Made by a program: the position numbers and the translations under genes. This document shows positions 1 to 12,305 of a DNA stretch of 64,000 nucleotides, piece after piece. The first letter of the stretch is position 1. Each line of letters begins with the position of its first letter. Under the pieces are notes generated by a model. That model ran no database searches. It was given only the letters and a program-made list of their open reading frames with translations, and was not told where the DNA came from. Origin of the DNA: Danionella cerebrum (lineage: Eukaryota); the NCBI GenBank assembly GCA_007224835.1, contig SRMA01025500.1, positions 21,870 through 85,869 of the forward strand. Direction: 5' to 3'.

Positions 1-94
1 ACAAAGGGGATCCAAGCAGATACAACAAGACTTCAGAGAAGAGGGAGGTCAGGTAGGCAGCAAATCTCAATGCTGGTTTGGTAACAGTCAGAAA

Positions 95-95
<1 letters not shown>

Positions 96-133
<38 letters not shown>
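96..133. repeat. (GA)n microsatellite, about 19 units
   Basis: Perfect gagaga... run read directly in the sequence. Confidence 0.9.
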
Positions 134-136
<3 letters not shown>

Positions 137-2355
137 TGGGGTTTCAGAAGGAATCACCCAATTAAACAGCAGTGAAAGAAATGATAAAGGAAGAACATGA
201 GGGAAGGAAAGACACCACAACAGACAAACAAGAGGAAAGACCTAACAAGTATATCTGCCTAGAAAACTGCAACTTTAATTTTGAATTGGTTTTAGTACAC
301 TATTTTTTCAAGTTTTAATTTGGAAAGATATTGAAATTCTTTTGAGTCTTCAGAAAAGAAATACTTCTGGACTATCCAAAAAGTCTCATTGTGAGATCCG
401 AATAATAACTGTGAAAGATTAAAAAAAGAGAACACTCAGTGGGAACTGGAGAATTATGCCATTTCTAAAAGAGTTGAGTCTTCTTTAAGACAATAATTGC
501 ATAAATCTGCATAGATCCAAGTCCCTCCAACAACGGACCATTTCAGTTCGCCGTTTACAGACTAAATTAATCCCCACAGTGAACTTTTAGTCATTTATGA
601 AACTCAGCTGCACAAATAATAATGATGGTTTCCCCCTCCACTGAACACATCTTTCAGATCAGGAAAAACTACAGAGCATAAATAGAAGAAAATAAACTAT
701 TTGCCATTTTCAGATTCAATTCAATTGAAGGGATGGATTTGGTCTGTACTTTTTGCGTTAATACGTTGAGGTCTTTGACCTAAGCGGGAATTATTAAATA
801 TGTTTAAGGTTTAACAGAGCTTTTCTGAATACAGAGCCACAGAATTAAGAAGCATGTCCCGTCAGGAGATAAAAAAAAGAGTTTAATGAGGTTTCAGATG
901 AGAGGTGCAAGATAAGAGTCACATAAAACACCCAAGTCCATGCCCATGCATCTGGTAATCCTGCCAAAGAACATAAACTGAGGGAAATGCTGGCCAGCAG
1001 AGCAACTGGCTCTTAAGAGCAGCTCTGAGACTATAATTAGACTAAGATCAAAGCAATAAAGTAGGCTACATTAGCTACATGTTATGCCTTTCTTGACACA
1101 GCTGAGTCAAATCATTATTCCACAAATGTAGGGATGCTTCTGTTTTTTCATTTCAGCAACACTTTCAAGCATAAGCCAATATTTTATTCACAACAGAAAT
1201 ATTTAAACAGAGAATGGTTCACTTGTGTGCACTAAACAAGCTCTTTTCACATTTGATACTAAGAATGGATCTTAAATAGTTGCGGTAGAGCTAACAAATG
1301 AAACAAAAAGCTAATTATTTAGAAAGATTAACTGGGTAAAGAAGTAGCAATTAACTGAGTTAGGCTCTTTAACGTGATTGATGTCAGGGAAGCGCTGAAG
1401 TTGCACAGAAATAATATGTAGATAAATTACAACTTGTACATTTGTAAACTGTAAGTTTTTTACGACAAGATTTTGTTATGAAATAGTCAACAGATGCCCA
1501 AAATCATGAGCAAATTGGTACTCGCACAGTGTGAACTACCCAAATGTTACCAACTGGTCATGAGGTTTTAAATATTTGGTCAGAGATTCTGGCTCATGAT
1601 GAGTAAAATGTGTTCTGACTTAAATAACATCTTGGATTACCAGCCGCCAATAAAAGAGCAACGTCCGGGGCAGTGGGAAGTTAGGAAGGAGTTACAGAGG
1701 CATAGACAGCAATGTCAACTAGATGACTAAAGCATGCAAACTTTGATGTTTGAAATCTTTTTTTAATGATACCAATGTTACAATGTAAATTAAACCATCC
1801 CCTGTGTCTCTACGATTTTTCCAAGCTGAGATAGAGATATGCCAAATCGCTCAGTTCCCACTTTCCTCACGTTCGCAAATGTGACAAATAAAAGTGCGAT
1901 TTTCTAAGCAGATCAGCAAAAATGAAAAATTTTCTCCCTCAGAGATAGCTGCATCATCCATCAAAAATATTCACTGACGCTTACAATAAGAGCTCAGGAA
2001 GGATTCCATGCATATCGCAATATACAAAAAGAGTCTGACTGGGAAAACTGCAAACAACTAAATGGTTTTAGCGCCCATACATTTCCAGATTTGTATGTAC
2101 AGAAATTCAGTTTTAGTTTAAGCCAGGTGCTGAACTGGCTTGCCTGCAGTGCAATTTTTAAACCTAAACCAGGCAAAAAGTGGTCAAAAGTACAAATAAA
2201 CTCAAATAACAAATAATTAACTATAATTAGTTATGAGCCACAAAGCTCAATGTTGAAAGTTCTGTATGTTTAAATAAAGTAGGTTAGCAAAAAAAATATC
2301 TTTAAAAGCATTTTAAAAGCAATATTCAAAGAATATTGTCGAGCAGGCTTCTTAA

Positions 2356-3089
2356 CACTTAGAGGTCCAGGGCCTTTTTGAGCGTTTTTGCTATATTACA
2401 TTTTCTCTAATAAATTACCTTAATAAATAAACAATATTAAAGCTTGATATAATTTTTAGTACAACCCCATCTTCTTTTTTATTTAGAAATATTTTTCTTT
2501 ACATTACCCAATAATTCCACAATAAACCAGAAAATGTACAAGAAAATAAAATTCTGACAGTTAAATTGTAATTTTTTTCAGTGCAAAACGTAAAAAAATG
2601 AACAATTTTATGTTTAACAAAAATCAAGCGTTTTCTTGTAAAATAAAAATTCACAAATCCCTCAAACAAGCAAAGACAATGATAAAAAAATGTGAAAATT
2701 GTATAAAAAAATGGGCGAACCTCTTCTATACCTTTTACACTGTTTCAAGCACGTTTTGTTCCATTGTGCTTTCTTTTGTGCCAGAACCATATCGCAGGTC
2801 TTGTACTTCCATTGGTTATCCCTTCTTTTCACTACTACATGGCACTAATGGCACCAATTTGGGGTCCGTAAAATGAAACTGAAAGACAATCGTGCATTTT
2901 CTGACATTTTAATCATCTTCCAAATTGAGTCATAACTCTTGTAATGTTAATTTAAATGCAAAAATATCAAAACTGATAACCAAAAGAAATTAAAAATGTA
3001 TTTAAAAATACAACAATAGCTGGGTTGCATTATTCCTACTTAATTCAAAACAGCCGCTGTGATTGGTATATGCACCGGTGCCTGCAGGG
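2356..3089. mobile_element. piggyBac-like non-autonomous element (MITE), copy 1 of 5, apparently complete and flanked by TTAA
   Basis: TTAA at 2352-2355 and 3090-3093. Terminal CACTTAGAGGTCCAGGGCC at one end and GCCTGCAGGG at the other. The same family (shared motifs 'tcttttcaccactagatggcac', 'ctgaaagacaatcg', 'cctttttgaaacctac') recurs at 17.8, 28.7, 34.8 and 51.8 kb. The best-preserved termini read CCCTTAGAAAGTCTGGGGCC, which resembles the canonical piggyBac end CCCTAGAAAGATA. Confidence 0.55.
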
Positions 3090-3171
3090 TTAACAGTTTT
3101 ATACTTGTGGCAAGAAACAAATTTGTTTCTTAATTGCTCATTTATCATGTTGTCTAAAGTCTTTGGTGAAG

Positions 3172-3893
3172 CAGGGCTCTAGACTAACTTTTTGCACTGG
3201 TTGCACTGGTGCGCCTAAATTTTTTTCTTAGGTGCACCAGCACAAAAGTTAGGTGCACCCAAATTTTCAACTGCATCACATTTAACACCGCATTTTCACA
3301 AGTTCACTTTTTTAGTTCTCTATTTATTATTTTTTTTAAATCACTGTCCATAGACAATATTGACTTGTAAATGATTAACTCGCGTAACATCATTGCTGTA
3401 CGTCGGGTTTACGTTCAAGCCATTTTTCTTCATAAGAATTATTTCGGACTTGAATTTAGTGAAGGGGAGTTCTTCTTTTGCAATATTGTAGGCAACGTTA
3501 AACTTAATTCTCATCTCGGCCTCGTCTGATCTGTTTGCAGCTGCCTGCCGCTGTAAAGGTAGTTCACATCGAACGTGGTTCGCGCGGTAAGCGCGGAGGG
3601 TTTCCATGTTAAGTCAATGCAAAGACGCGTTTGCGCGCGTCTGAGGCTTCAGCGGCGCGGTAAACGCGAATTGAGAGGCGCGCTTGCCGCGATAGGCGCG
3701 TATTGAGCCGCATGAATGGGTGATACGCGTGTTGTGAGCCGCGCGCAGGAGGCGGAGCGGCCGTAGACGGAATTTCGTTTTTTTTCCCACTCGAACGACG
3801 GGTCGCACCGGTGCAACCTTTGATTTTTTTTAGTCGCACCATTGAGAAATTTGGTCGCATATGCGACCAAATTGGTCGCACTCTAGAGCCCTG
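3172..3893. mobile_element. Non-autonomous DNA transposon with 12-bp TIR (cagggctctaga / tctagagccctg) and 5-bp TSD TGAAG
   Basis: Perfect 12-bp TIR at 3172-3183 and 3882-3893. Identical 5-bp direct repeats tgaag at 3167-3171 and 3894-3898. Subterminal repeats ggtgcacc / ggtcgcac are present at both ends. Internal 3600-3780 is a CpG-rich block unlike the surrounding AT-rich DNA. Confidence 0.7.
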
Positions 3894-4865
3894 TGAAGAA
3901 CTGGTTCCCATTACATTAGTCAAATAAATAAACAGAATTCAGGCCATGTACAGAAATACTACATTTAAAACAGGCTGAACTCATATTTGGTTCACATGAG
4001 TAAAACATCATTATCACGGAGGGTTATACGAGATGAGATCAAGTTATGGTATATGATTTTAACTACTAAAAGTATTGTAGTCTCCAAAAATGTAGCTTTA
4101 AAACTCATTAAGATGGATCTCCCAGGTCAGGACAGGCACTGTAGTCAGCGCCTCAGCTGCAGAGCGAAAAAAAACAAAACGGGTCTTTTAGTACAGACTA
4201 AAGTGGGGAGGGGGGCTACACTGCTTCCTGTGTGTGAGGGTGAGCAGCTGGTGGCACAGCTGTACTAGTCTGTATGTGCATTCGTGTCTGTGAGAAATTA
4301 ACTATATATACACAAGACTGGGACCCTGTTTTCCTGCTTGATGGGAAACACCCCACTGGAAGGACATGGGGAGGCAGCATACATAGATTTAATTAGATAC
4401 AGGAGCATTAGGGTAGTAAACAAGACATGACTAAAGCAGAGCTCAGCTCTGAGAGAGAAGCAGTGGATATCAGACGTTTTTCAGCAAACGAAAGCCTTGA
4501 CACAGTAAATTAATAATTGAAATTCTGTTTTGTTAAACAAGTTGTGACCGTGTTCAGTAGTGAACCAAATGTGAACGTTGGCTGATTGCAACATATAAGA
4601 CACTAAACATAAAAAGTTTAATAAACTATTCAATTATTGATGAAATGAAGTCCTTGCTTTATTCTCGGAGTAGAACATTCAAGAAAAATTACAAAAAAAG
4701 GAGGCTTCATGTTAAAAATAGAGGCTGCCCCTACTGGGATCCAACCGGCATCAATAATGTAACCGTGTCATGACGTCTTTGTTCTTACAAGTTGAGCCAA
4801 ATATACTTATATTATATAATCTATTTATATAATCTTAACTAATATACTTACCTGTAATTATTCAC

Positions 4866-4988
4866 TGCGATGGACTGGTGACCTGTCAAGGGTATACCCC
4901 CCCCCTCTCGCCTGAGCTGGAAATAGGCACCAGCAGACCCCTGTGACCCCGTAAGGTAATAATTGGGTTAGAAAATGAATGAATGTAG
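4866..4988 (+). mobile_element. tRNA-derived SINE, 3' fragment (conserved core + gaaaatgaatgaatg tail)
   Basis: Contains 'ggactggtgacctgtcaagggtatacccc...ctctcgcc...ccctgtgaccccgtaagg...gaaaatgaatgaatg', matching the full copies at 26.6, 29.5 and 33.0 kb. Confidence 0.6.
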
Positions 4989-7900
4989 TTTTTCAAGGCA
5001 TATCAACACTTCTAGTTGGTTGTTAGGGTCTGGATTTAGCCTCGAATGTTTTCAGGCCCAAGAAACTGTTCACCACAGTTGCATCGAATGATGAAGTCTG
5101 TTCCATCATGATAAACTTCATTAATGGATGTTACACATTTATGAGTTATTAGTTTTTGTATGAATCTTGTGTATTTATTTCCGGAAGGTTGGTTTTCGAA
5201 ACGCCATCAGGGTTTGGAAAATCAGGCCTTCACTGTCCAGCCTTGACGTAACCATTGGACTCATGTGACATCGTCAATAAACTTTTATAAATCACTACAA
5301 AAGCCACTAAAATGTCTTGAATCAAGGTGGGAGAAGTACATCTATGACCATCTCTGAAAAGACAGACAGAAACACCAGGAAATACACTCAATTTGGGAAC
5401 ATCCGTTTTCTAGAGTGAGTTCATCCCAAGTGCTGTTAGAAACCCAAAGTTGTGCTGTAACCAAAATACTCGTACTAGAAAAGAATAAATATTGTACCAC
5501 GGCAAGACACAGTGCCAGAGCATCTGTGCTCTACAAGGTGATTTAAGGACAGCGTGTGTTTGTGAGAGCCAGGGTCAAATGCAGATGTTGCGACTAGACA
5601 GGAACCCCAGGCAAGTCTGAATGTGTGGAAAAAAGGCCAACATGACATTTAGGTAGGTACACAAGCTTCTTAAGAACCAAACAAGGTAAAATGCATTAGA
5701 TAAGATGACCACAGACATGTTTCCTTTGGATTGTGGATGTAATTTGTGCAACTGCTGGTCTGAACACTGGTTCGAGGACTAAATGCACCCCTGCACAAAA
5801 TAAAGTGCAAGTGAGCCATTAGGACAAACAGAGTGTCTTTAACCACAAATTGCTTCATCAATAAATCACCAGAGCAGCATTTTCTAGGTTAATGCACACA
5901 GCCCTCTTTGCTTCAGCTTCAATCACCCGCATTCAATAGACCACCACCTTAAAGTAGTAGCTAGAAAGGCTATTTAAATGAAAAATTAGCACCAAGCTGT
6001 GCTCATGCAATTGAGAAAATGGTTTCAATGCGAGACGATAATTTCTGAGTCTGTGGAGCCATGTTTACAATAAATGCAAAGCCACTTCATATTTATCTTA
6101 GCACTGCACCACCTTCTTTGTGCTGTTTTGTCAGGCCCTCAGTCTCCCAGGTCGTTTTGGCTCATAAATCAATCAAATAAAAAAATTTCAAAAACATCTC
6201 CGCTTTTAGATAAGTGCTCTTAAGAGGAGACAAAATCTTTAAATCAAGTTGACAGATCTATCTACCCTTTTTTTCTGCTTATCCTGAAGGAGAGACATGC
6301 AGCAGGCTGCTCTCTAAGGAATTTCCCTTCCACCTACTCTACTTACTCCTTTGTTCGACTCTCTCTATGTGGTTTGTTAGCTCTTTTTACCATTCTGAGG
6401 ACTATTTTCTATTATACCTTCTTAAACCTTGCTTCTACCATCTTCATAATAATGGATTATCACAAAATATTGGTGATAACATATTCACAATGGTTTTACT
6501 AACAACTTATGTCAGTACAAAAAAAAAATGTTTGCACATTCTTTTTGCATTTCCATTTCTGAGATCAAAACTCTGAGATGCGAAACTGAAGCTGAAATGA
6601 AACCAACAACAAATGGAGAGTATTGAAAATCAATGTCTGTCAATGATTTTTAAGGTAATTACTTGATTATTTTTGTTTTAAGGCTGATTTTTTTTTCTTT
6701 GTAATCAATTTATTTTTGTTCTTTTTGGCTGTAATTACGTATTTATGGCACAAAATGAATTCCATAATTTCCTAAAAATACTTCATATTGCAATCCGAAT
6801 GAAGCTTGCATTTAACAAGTGTTTACTCTATATGTTTCTCTGATGCTGGATAAACAATGACCCCTTTGCCTTGTTTAGGGACACCCTCATTTGTTTCTAA
6901 AGCACCTTCAATCTTCAAAGAAAGAAAGCAAAACTCACACAGCTTTCAGAAGACACCAGGTTCACAGAGACTTCTCATTTTGAAGTGAATCAGCCTTTAA
7001 GCACATAATGCCCATACGCTCCTTCAAAGAGCTGTTCTGTTCCTGTTCAAAGACTTGCTTCAGTCGGTAAGAGGATTGAGGCATACTGAGGTCTGCATAT
7101 GACACCTCATAAAAATGTCATCACTTGAAGTGCTAAACATATGTTCAGGAGCGATGATGCAACCAATCCGACGTCAACACCCCATTATTTCATACAAAAC
7201 ATCACTCTCTCTGATTTTATTTCTCTCAGAATCGGGTTCCCTTGTTTCTCGCGTCTTGTCTTCCCTGCTGGCTTGTTCACTCAGCCTGAGACCACATGTG
7301 AAAAACCCTGCTGCTCCTGTGTGTCTTCGAGATCTTTTATCCCTCCCAGATGAGGTTTAACAGGCTAAGAGAGACTTCAAAGTGAAACAACTCTTCACGT
7401 AGGCTAAAAGTGATGTCTTAAATCTTCAATTCTTCCTATATTCTGACCACAACCACCTGTCCTTACTCGCCAGTAAGCCACATCTAACATCTTGTTTCAC
7501 CTGTTTACATTTACTTTGTAAATCTTTTCACATCTCACAAACCTCAGCAGCCTTGTCCCATGGTGAGAGGGAACCAAGACAATTGTTCTCGTGGGATAGT
7601 GGTTCGTGTACACAACAAAGTAAGAGCAAGAAAGAGCTAATCCAGGGGAAAGCGAGCCACTTCTTCACAGAAAGGAAATCTCCCACTTCATTAGATCGCG
7701 CCACCTTGTTCTTAAAAAGCTTGGGATAATCCGCATTTTGGTGCACCTTGGCATGTCTGGGACTCATTGTGACTCACACAAGTTAACAAGAAAGCAGCGT
7801 TTCAAATGTTCGATTTTCAAAGATGTCACTTTAAATGCTATTATGATCCAAGCTTCAAAACCTAATGCTTTCTTTTGTGTGCCATATTCCAACATGAAAC

Positions 7901-8993
7901 CAGAGCCAATGTGCAAACGCGCTCAAACAAAGCAGCACGGCGTGCTTGAATAAACACCTGTGCTGCCAGATACGGCTGGCCGAGAGGGATAACAAGCACA
8001 GGGCAGAAAATCCACTGGACGTGCTCCACTTAAATCAAACAGAGGTGTGGACAGACACACACAGATACCCTCCAGGAGACGACAGGGAATTACCATAAAG
8101 TCTCTCTCACTCTACAATATAGCCATAATATTACCTGAGCACTTTATCTGACAAGCCAGCAGGCACAGATACTGTAAATGTCATACACTCAGTTAGCTGC
8201 TAAAAGGCTTGTGAATGCATGCAAGGCTCTGACCTCCACGTGACAAGCATTGCTAATAGAATCATGTCAGAGATTTTTTACAAAGTGTTTGTGAAAATGT
8301 GTCGGGGTAGAAGACTAATTCAATTTTCGGTGCAGTTTAGCTGTGGCATTCAAAGGAGATGAATGTAAATGCTTTATCTCGAATAGCATCTGTTAGCCAG
8401 CTAAGGTACTTTCTGAGATGTTTAAATGAAGCATCCTTCCGGAAATACACTGACAAGCTCCAAAAATATTTTTGCACATTAGCCATGTTTCTATCCAAAG
8501 TTGCAAATTAAATGTATGTGCAAAAATGGAATATTGCTTAAAATATTTCCGTATAAAGCACCATTTCCATCCAACGAGTCCAAGAAAACAAAATAGTCTC
8601 CTCCTGATAAACTGCCACCAATTATCAAAAGAAAAATGGAAGTTGCATTAGAAGAAGGTCTTTTTCGTATAATAACTTAATTGCGTCCTACAACCCGAAG
8701 ACAAAACGCAATACATGTCATCTGCTCTTTGGGAACGCAGCCAGTCAAGACAGTTCTGGGAGGTGATTATCCCAAACCACTGTGATGACAGACTTTGGCA
8801 ACATTTCAGATGTTATGCAATGAAATCAGAGTGTTGGTTAGTCCATTAATGCCGCCCCAGTTCTGACAGAAAAATGCATTTATTCTGTAAATCCATTTCC
8901 ATGAAATGCAAAACATTAGCTCAAAATGGCTGCAGATAATGTATATGAGGCTGTAGTTTTGTACCCCAATATTTGTTTACAAAACCTGCAAAT

Positions 8994-9370
8994 TAGGGAT
9001 GACACACTAGTCGGTTTTATTCCGAACCGAACACTATGACGTCCTTGGTTCAACACATATGAGGAGGCTTTTAAACCAGTTGTTAATTACAACAAAGACG
9101 GGAGAAGAATGGTAAACTAATAAGTCATCGTGTGCAAGCACTCTTTTATCAGATGTAATTATGCTAAAGGAAACACAAAATGTATTATTGTTTGTTTGGG
9201 CAAAATAAAGTGAATTCCATTAATCACCTATTTTTTATGTCTTCATAGGATCTTTAAAAATGATGATTCAAAAATTACGAATGTACAACAGAACCAAACT
9301 GAAAGCCGTGGTTAAAAAATCAAGGTACATACCGAACCAAGAACTCGTGTACCATTGCATCTCTATTGTG
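8994..9370. mobile_element. Probable hAT-like MITE fragment related to the 44304-45042 element
   Basis: Starts TAGGGATGACACACTAGTCGGTTTTATTCCGAACCGAAC, compared with TAGGGGTGTAACGGTAC...TTCGGTTCGGTAC at 44304. Several ccgaacc / ggtac subterminal motifs are present. No matching second terminus was found. Confidence 0.3.
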
Positions 9371-9759
9371 AATACAGCGATAATTTTTGTTATGGTGATC
9401 ATGCATCAACTGCGAGCATCAAGGGGATGATTTTTGTGCACTTCCAAGGCACATTGAACATGAGCAAACCAGAGAACAAATGAATATGCAAACATTTGAA
9501 ACACCAAATCATTAGAATTCCATTTAACACAAATTTGGTTATTGGCCATTTTCGACAGTAAACAGACAACTGAAATGTGTTTTTTGTGTTTATATGACAG
9601 GACAGAAATCAGTGTACTGAGCAAAACCAGGATGGTGGTGTGCATATAAACACACTCTTTTGTTGACTGACTAAGTTTTGCACAAATATGATATATTTAT
9701 TTATTATTATTTATAATTATTTTAAATAAAAACAAAACGATTACTTATTTTTCCGAGTC

Positions 9760-10170
9760 CTTTCATTCTATTGTAATGTGTCCGCTCCCAAATGCTAAAT
9801 AATTCTGTATGAGCCTAATACTGAAAGATCTAGTTCTCTTTTCAAGTCCTTTTGTCACATGTCCACCTAAAACAATAAGATTAGTTCTAATTTCAAGTCC
9901 TTTCACTCTTTTGTCAAGTGTCCGCTCCTCAATGTTAACCGATAGCCATACGAGCCGGAAACCGGAAGGATTAGTTCTTTTTCGAGTCCTTTTTACACAT
10001 GTCCAAAGAAAACAGAAGATTGGTTTTTCGAGTCCTTTCACTCTTTCGTCGTGCATTCATTCCAAAATGTTAACCAATGCCATATGAGCCAGAAACCGAA
10101 AGGATTAGTTCTCTTTTTGAGTTCTTTTGTTACAAGTCCACAGAAAACAAAGTTTATTTCTTTCATTCGT
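9760..10170. repeat. Satellite-like tandem repeat, about 135-bp unit x 3
   Basis: Three successive units each contain 'gagtcctttca(c/t)tct...gtccgctcc..aatg(c/t)taa..' followed by 'gtcc(t)tttg..acatgtcca..aaaaca'. ORFs in both strands here are reading-frame artefacts of the repeat. Confidence 0.6.
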
Positions 10171-11869
10171 TTGAATGGGCTAAACCCAAAAAACCATAAA
10201 GATGTTTCACATGCAGAACTGAACGAATCCCTTTCTAAAGTGATTATTTCAAACTAAATCACATCCGAGATAAGTTTAAAATGAACAAATTGTTTAAGAA
10301 TGACCCATCACCATCTATAATCAGATGCTCAGTAGAGCGAATGTTTCTTGATTTGTGGCGACTAAGTGATAAGGTTCTCTTTCTAAACCGTACAGCCTAG
10401 ATGATTATCAGCAGCATGAAGGATAACTAAAACATACGGAAATCCCAGCAAAAGCATTTAAAATGTCCAGAAACCCCTGCTGTCTAACACTGCGGTAGTC
10501 AGTTTGGTAATCACTGCTTGTAGGCCAGCAGAAAACTGTAGATGCACTAAGCACACAGACTGATGTGTATGTTTATGATGATACTAAAAAGAGCTCTTCA
10601 ATGAAACATCATGATCGAGCAACTAATGCATGAAAGAGAATGCTAACAATTGAGGGGTCCAGTAAAAAGAAGGGTTTTAACAGCCATGAGTCTGATGATG
10701 ACAGAGAAGAAATCAAAGAACACATAGAAATAAATCATAGATGTCGAGCGGTTTATTCTGTTGGTGGCTGATCACAGAGAGCTGTTTGACAAAAGTGTGG
10801 AGAAAAGTGAGGATTTGTGGTGCGCTATTTCTTTCCCGTTTCCAGTACAAAGTCGCTGTGAAAAGCTCTATTACGTCCCACTCACATAATCAAAAGAGCC
10901 AGCTTTCATCGGTTGTTCTCTTTGCGAAGAAACAATCTGATATGGCAGTGCACCACTTGTTCGGTCAGATGTGTGAGCTCCCGTTGGTGCCCATGGTTTT
11001 AGATCTTGGAAAAAAACATGGCTTTCTCGCACAAAAATTCTGATTGGTGTGTAGAGGCCTTTAAATATCACAGGAATAATTTATTTTAATGCCATTTTCG
11101 TCAAAACAGTTTCTGTTCAACCTCAGGTGCAAGGAACCAGATAAAAAAATGCTTGGGATTCTTAAGGAGCATTTGACAGTTGTTTTTAGACTCCTTATCA
11201 ATCACCTGAATAACCAATGCACTACCAATCCCCTTAAATGACGAGTAGATCTACAGTTTGAAAAAGGCACTACACACATACATACTTCTATGGTGTGGTC
11301 ATGCATCTAAGTATCTTTAGGTAAATGAACTTGTTTGGAGTACACTTATCTGTCTCTAATGTATTTCAACAGTATGCAGAGGTTCCACTCACACATTAAG
11401 AAATATCTGAATACATTTCGCAAATCTGTTAAAGGCATAAGCAAAGTTCTTTTAGAAATAGATTTCCAACTCTACCAAGTTTTGACGACTTTATTGTTTT
11501 CAATTGCCACACTCAGAGAAGGACTGAATACCAAATGAGCCTATTTCCAAAAAAATGACTGTTCCTTTACCATTTAAATCATCTTAAGTATTGAATATTT
11601 TCTCAACAATCCAGTTTTACATATTCTGTCCGAAAAAAGGGATTTTCCGCGGCAAAATGGAAACAATAAACACAGTTGTGGAGAAGACACTTGAGGAAGT
11701 GATGATTTAAAGCAAAAATATTCTAATACATTGTGTATTTACTTTATAACACTAGCTGTAGTATCTAATTTTAATCATGGTGCATGATATAAATTAGTAA
11801 ATAGAATATTGGAAAAACATTGCTTGCAACCTTAAATGAAATGGCCAGAATTTGGTATCAGCAACATTA

Positions 11870-12305
11870 AAGCATGGTGCCATCCTGCCTTGTATTGACG
11901 GTTCAGGGTGGTGGTGGTGGTGGTGTAATGGTGTAAGGGTATTTTCTTGGCACACTTTGGATCTATTAGTACCAATGTAGCATCATCACAATGCACCCAT
12001 CTTCTTCTAATGGCTACTTCAAGCAGGATATCGCACCATGTCTTAAAATGTGAATAATCTCAGATGGGTTTTTTGAACAGAATGATGAGTTCATCGTCCT
12101 CAAATGGCCTCAACAGTTTCCAGATCTCAATCAATTAAGGCACCCTTGGGATGTGGTGGAACGGGAGATTCATGTCAACATGAATATAACTTCTCCAGTT
12201 TCCTGTACCTTGTTGAATATATGCCATTAGGAATTAAGGTAGTTCTGAAGGTAAAAGGGGGTCCAACCTGGTACATGGAAGGTGTACCTAATTAAGTGGC
12301 CAGTG
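11870..12305 (+). mobile_element. Tc1-like transposon, 3' fragment (transposase C-terminal remnant)
   Basis: Frameshifted translation gives ...GGGGGVMV.G...LKWPQQFPDLNQL...WDVVEREI...IKVVLKVKGGPTWY. This matches the Tc1 transposase C-terminus motifs (H/V)GGGS(V/I)M(V/L)WG, (D/E)WP(A/S)QSPDLNPIE and AVL.AKGGPT. The same family is at 61.8-62.8 kb. Confidence 0.65.

Noticed and set aside
3609-3923. Cluster of overlapping minus-strand ORFs (64-104 aa) inside the 3172-3893 transposon
   Set aside because: They lie entirely within the CpG/GC-rich core of a non-autonomous TIR element. Arg/Ala-rich composition is a GC artefact. They overlap each other in different frames and have no start context or homology.
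9760-10170. Possible CRISPR-like array (regular repeats with intervening sequence)
   Set aside because: The units are about 135 bp and mutually divergent. There are no short identical direct repeats separated by unique spacers, and there is no cas context. The whole window is eukaryotic.
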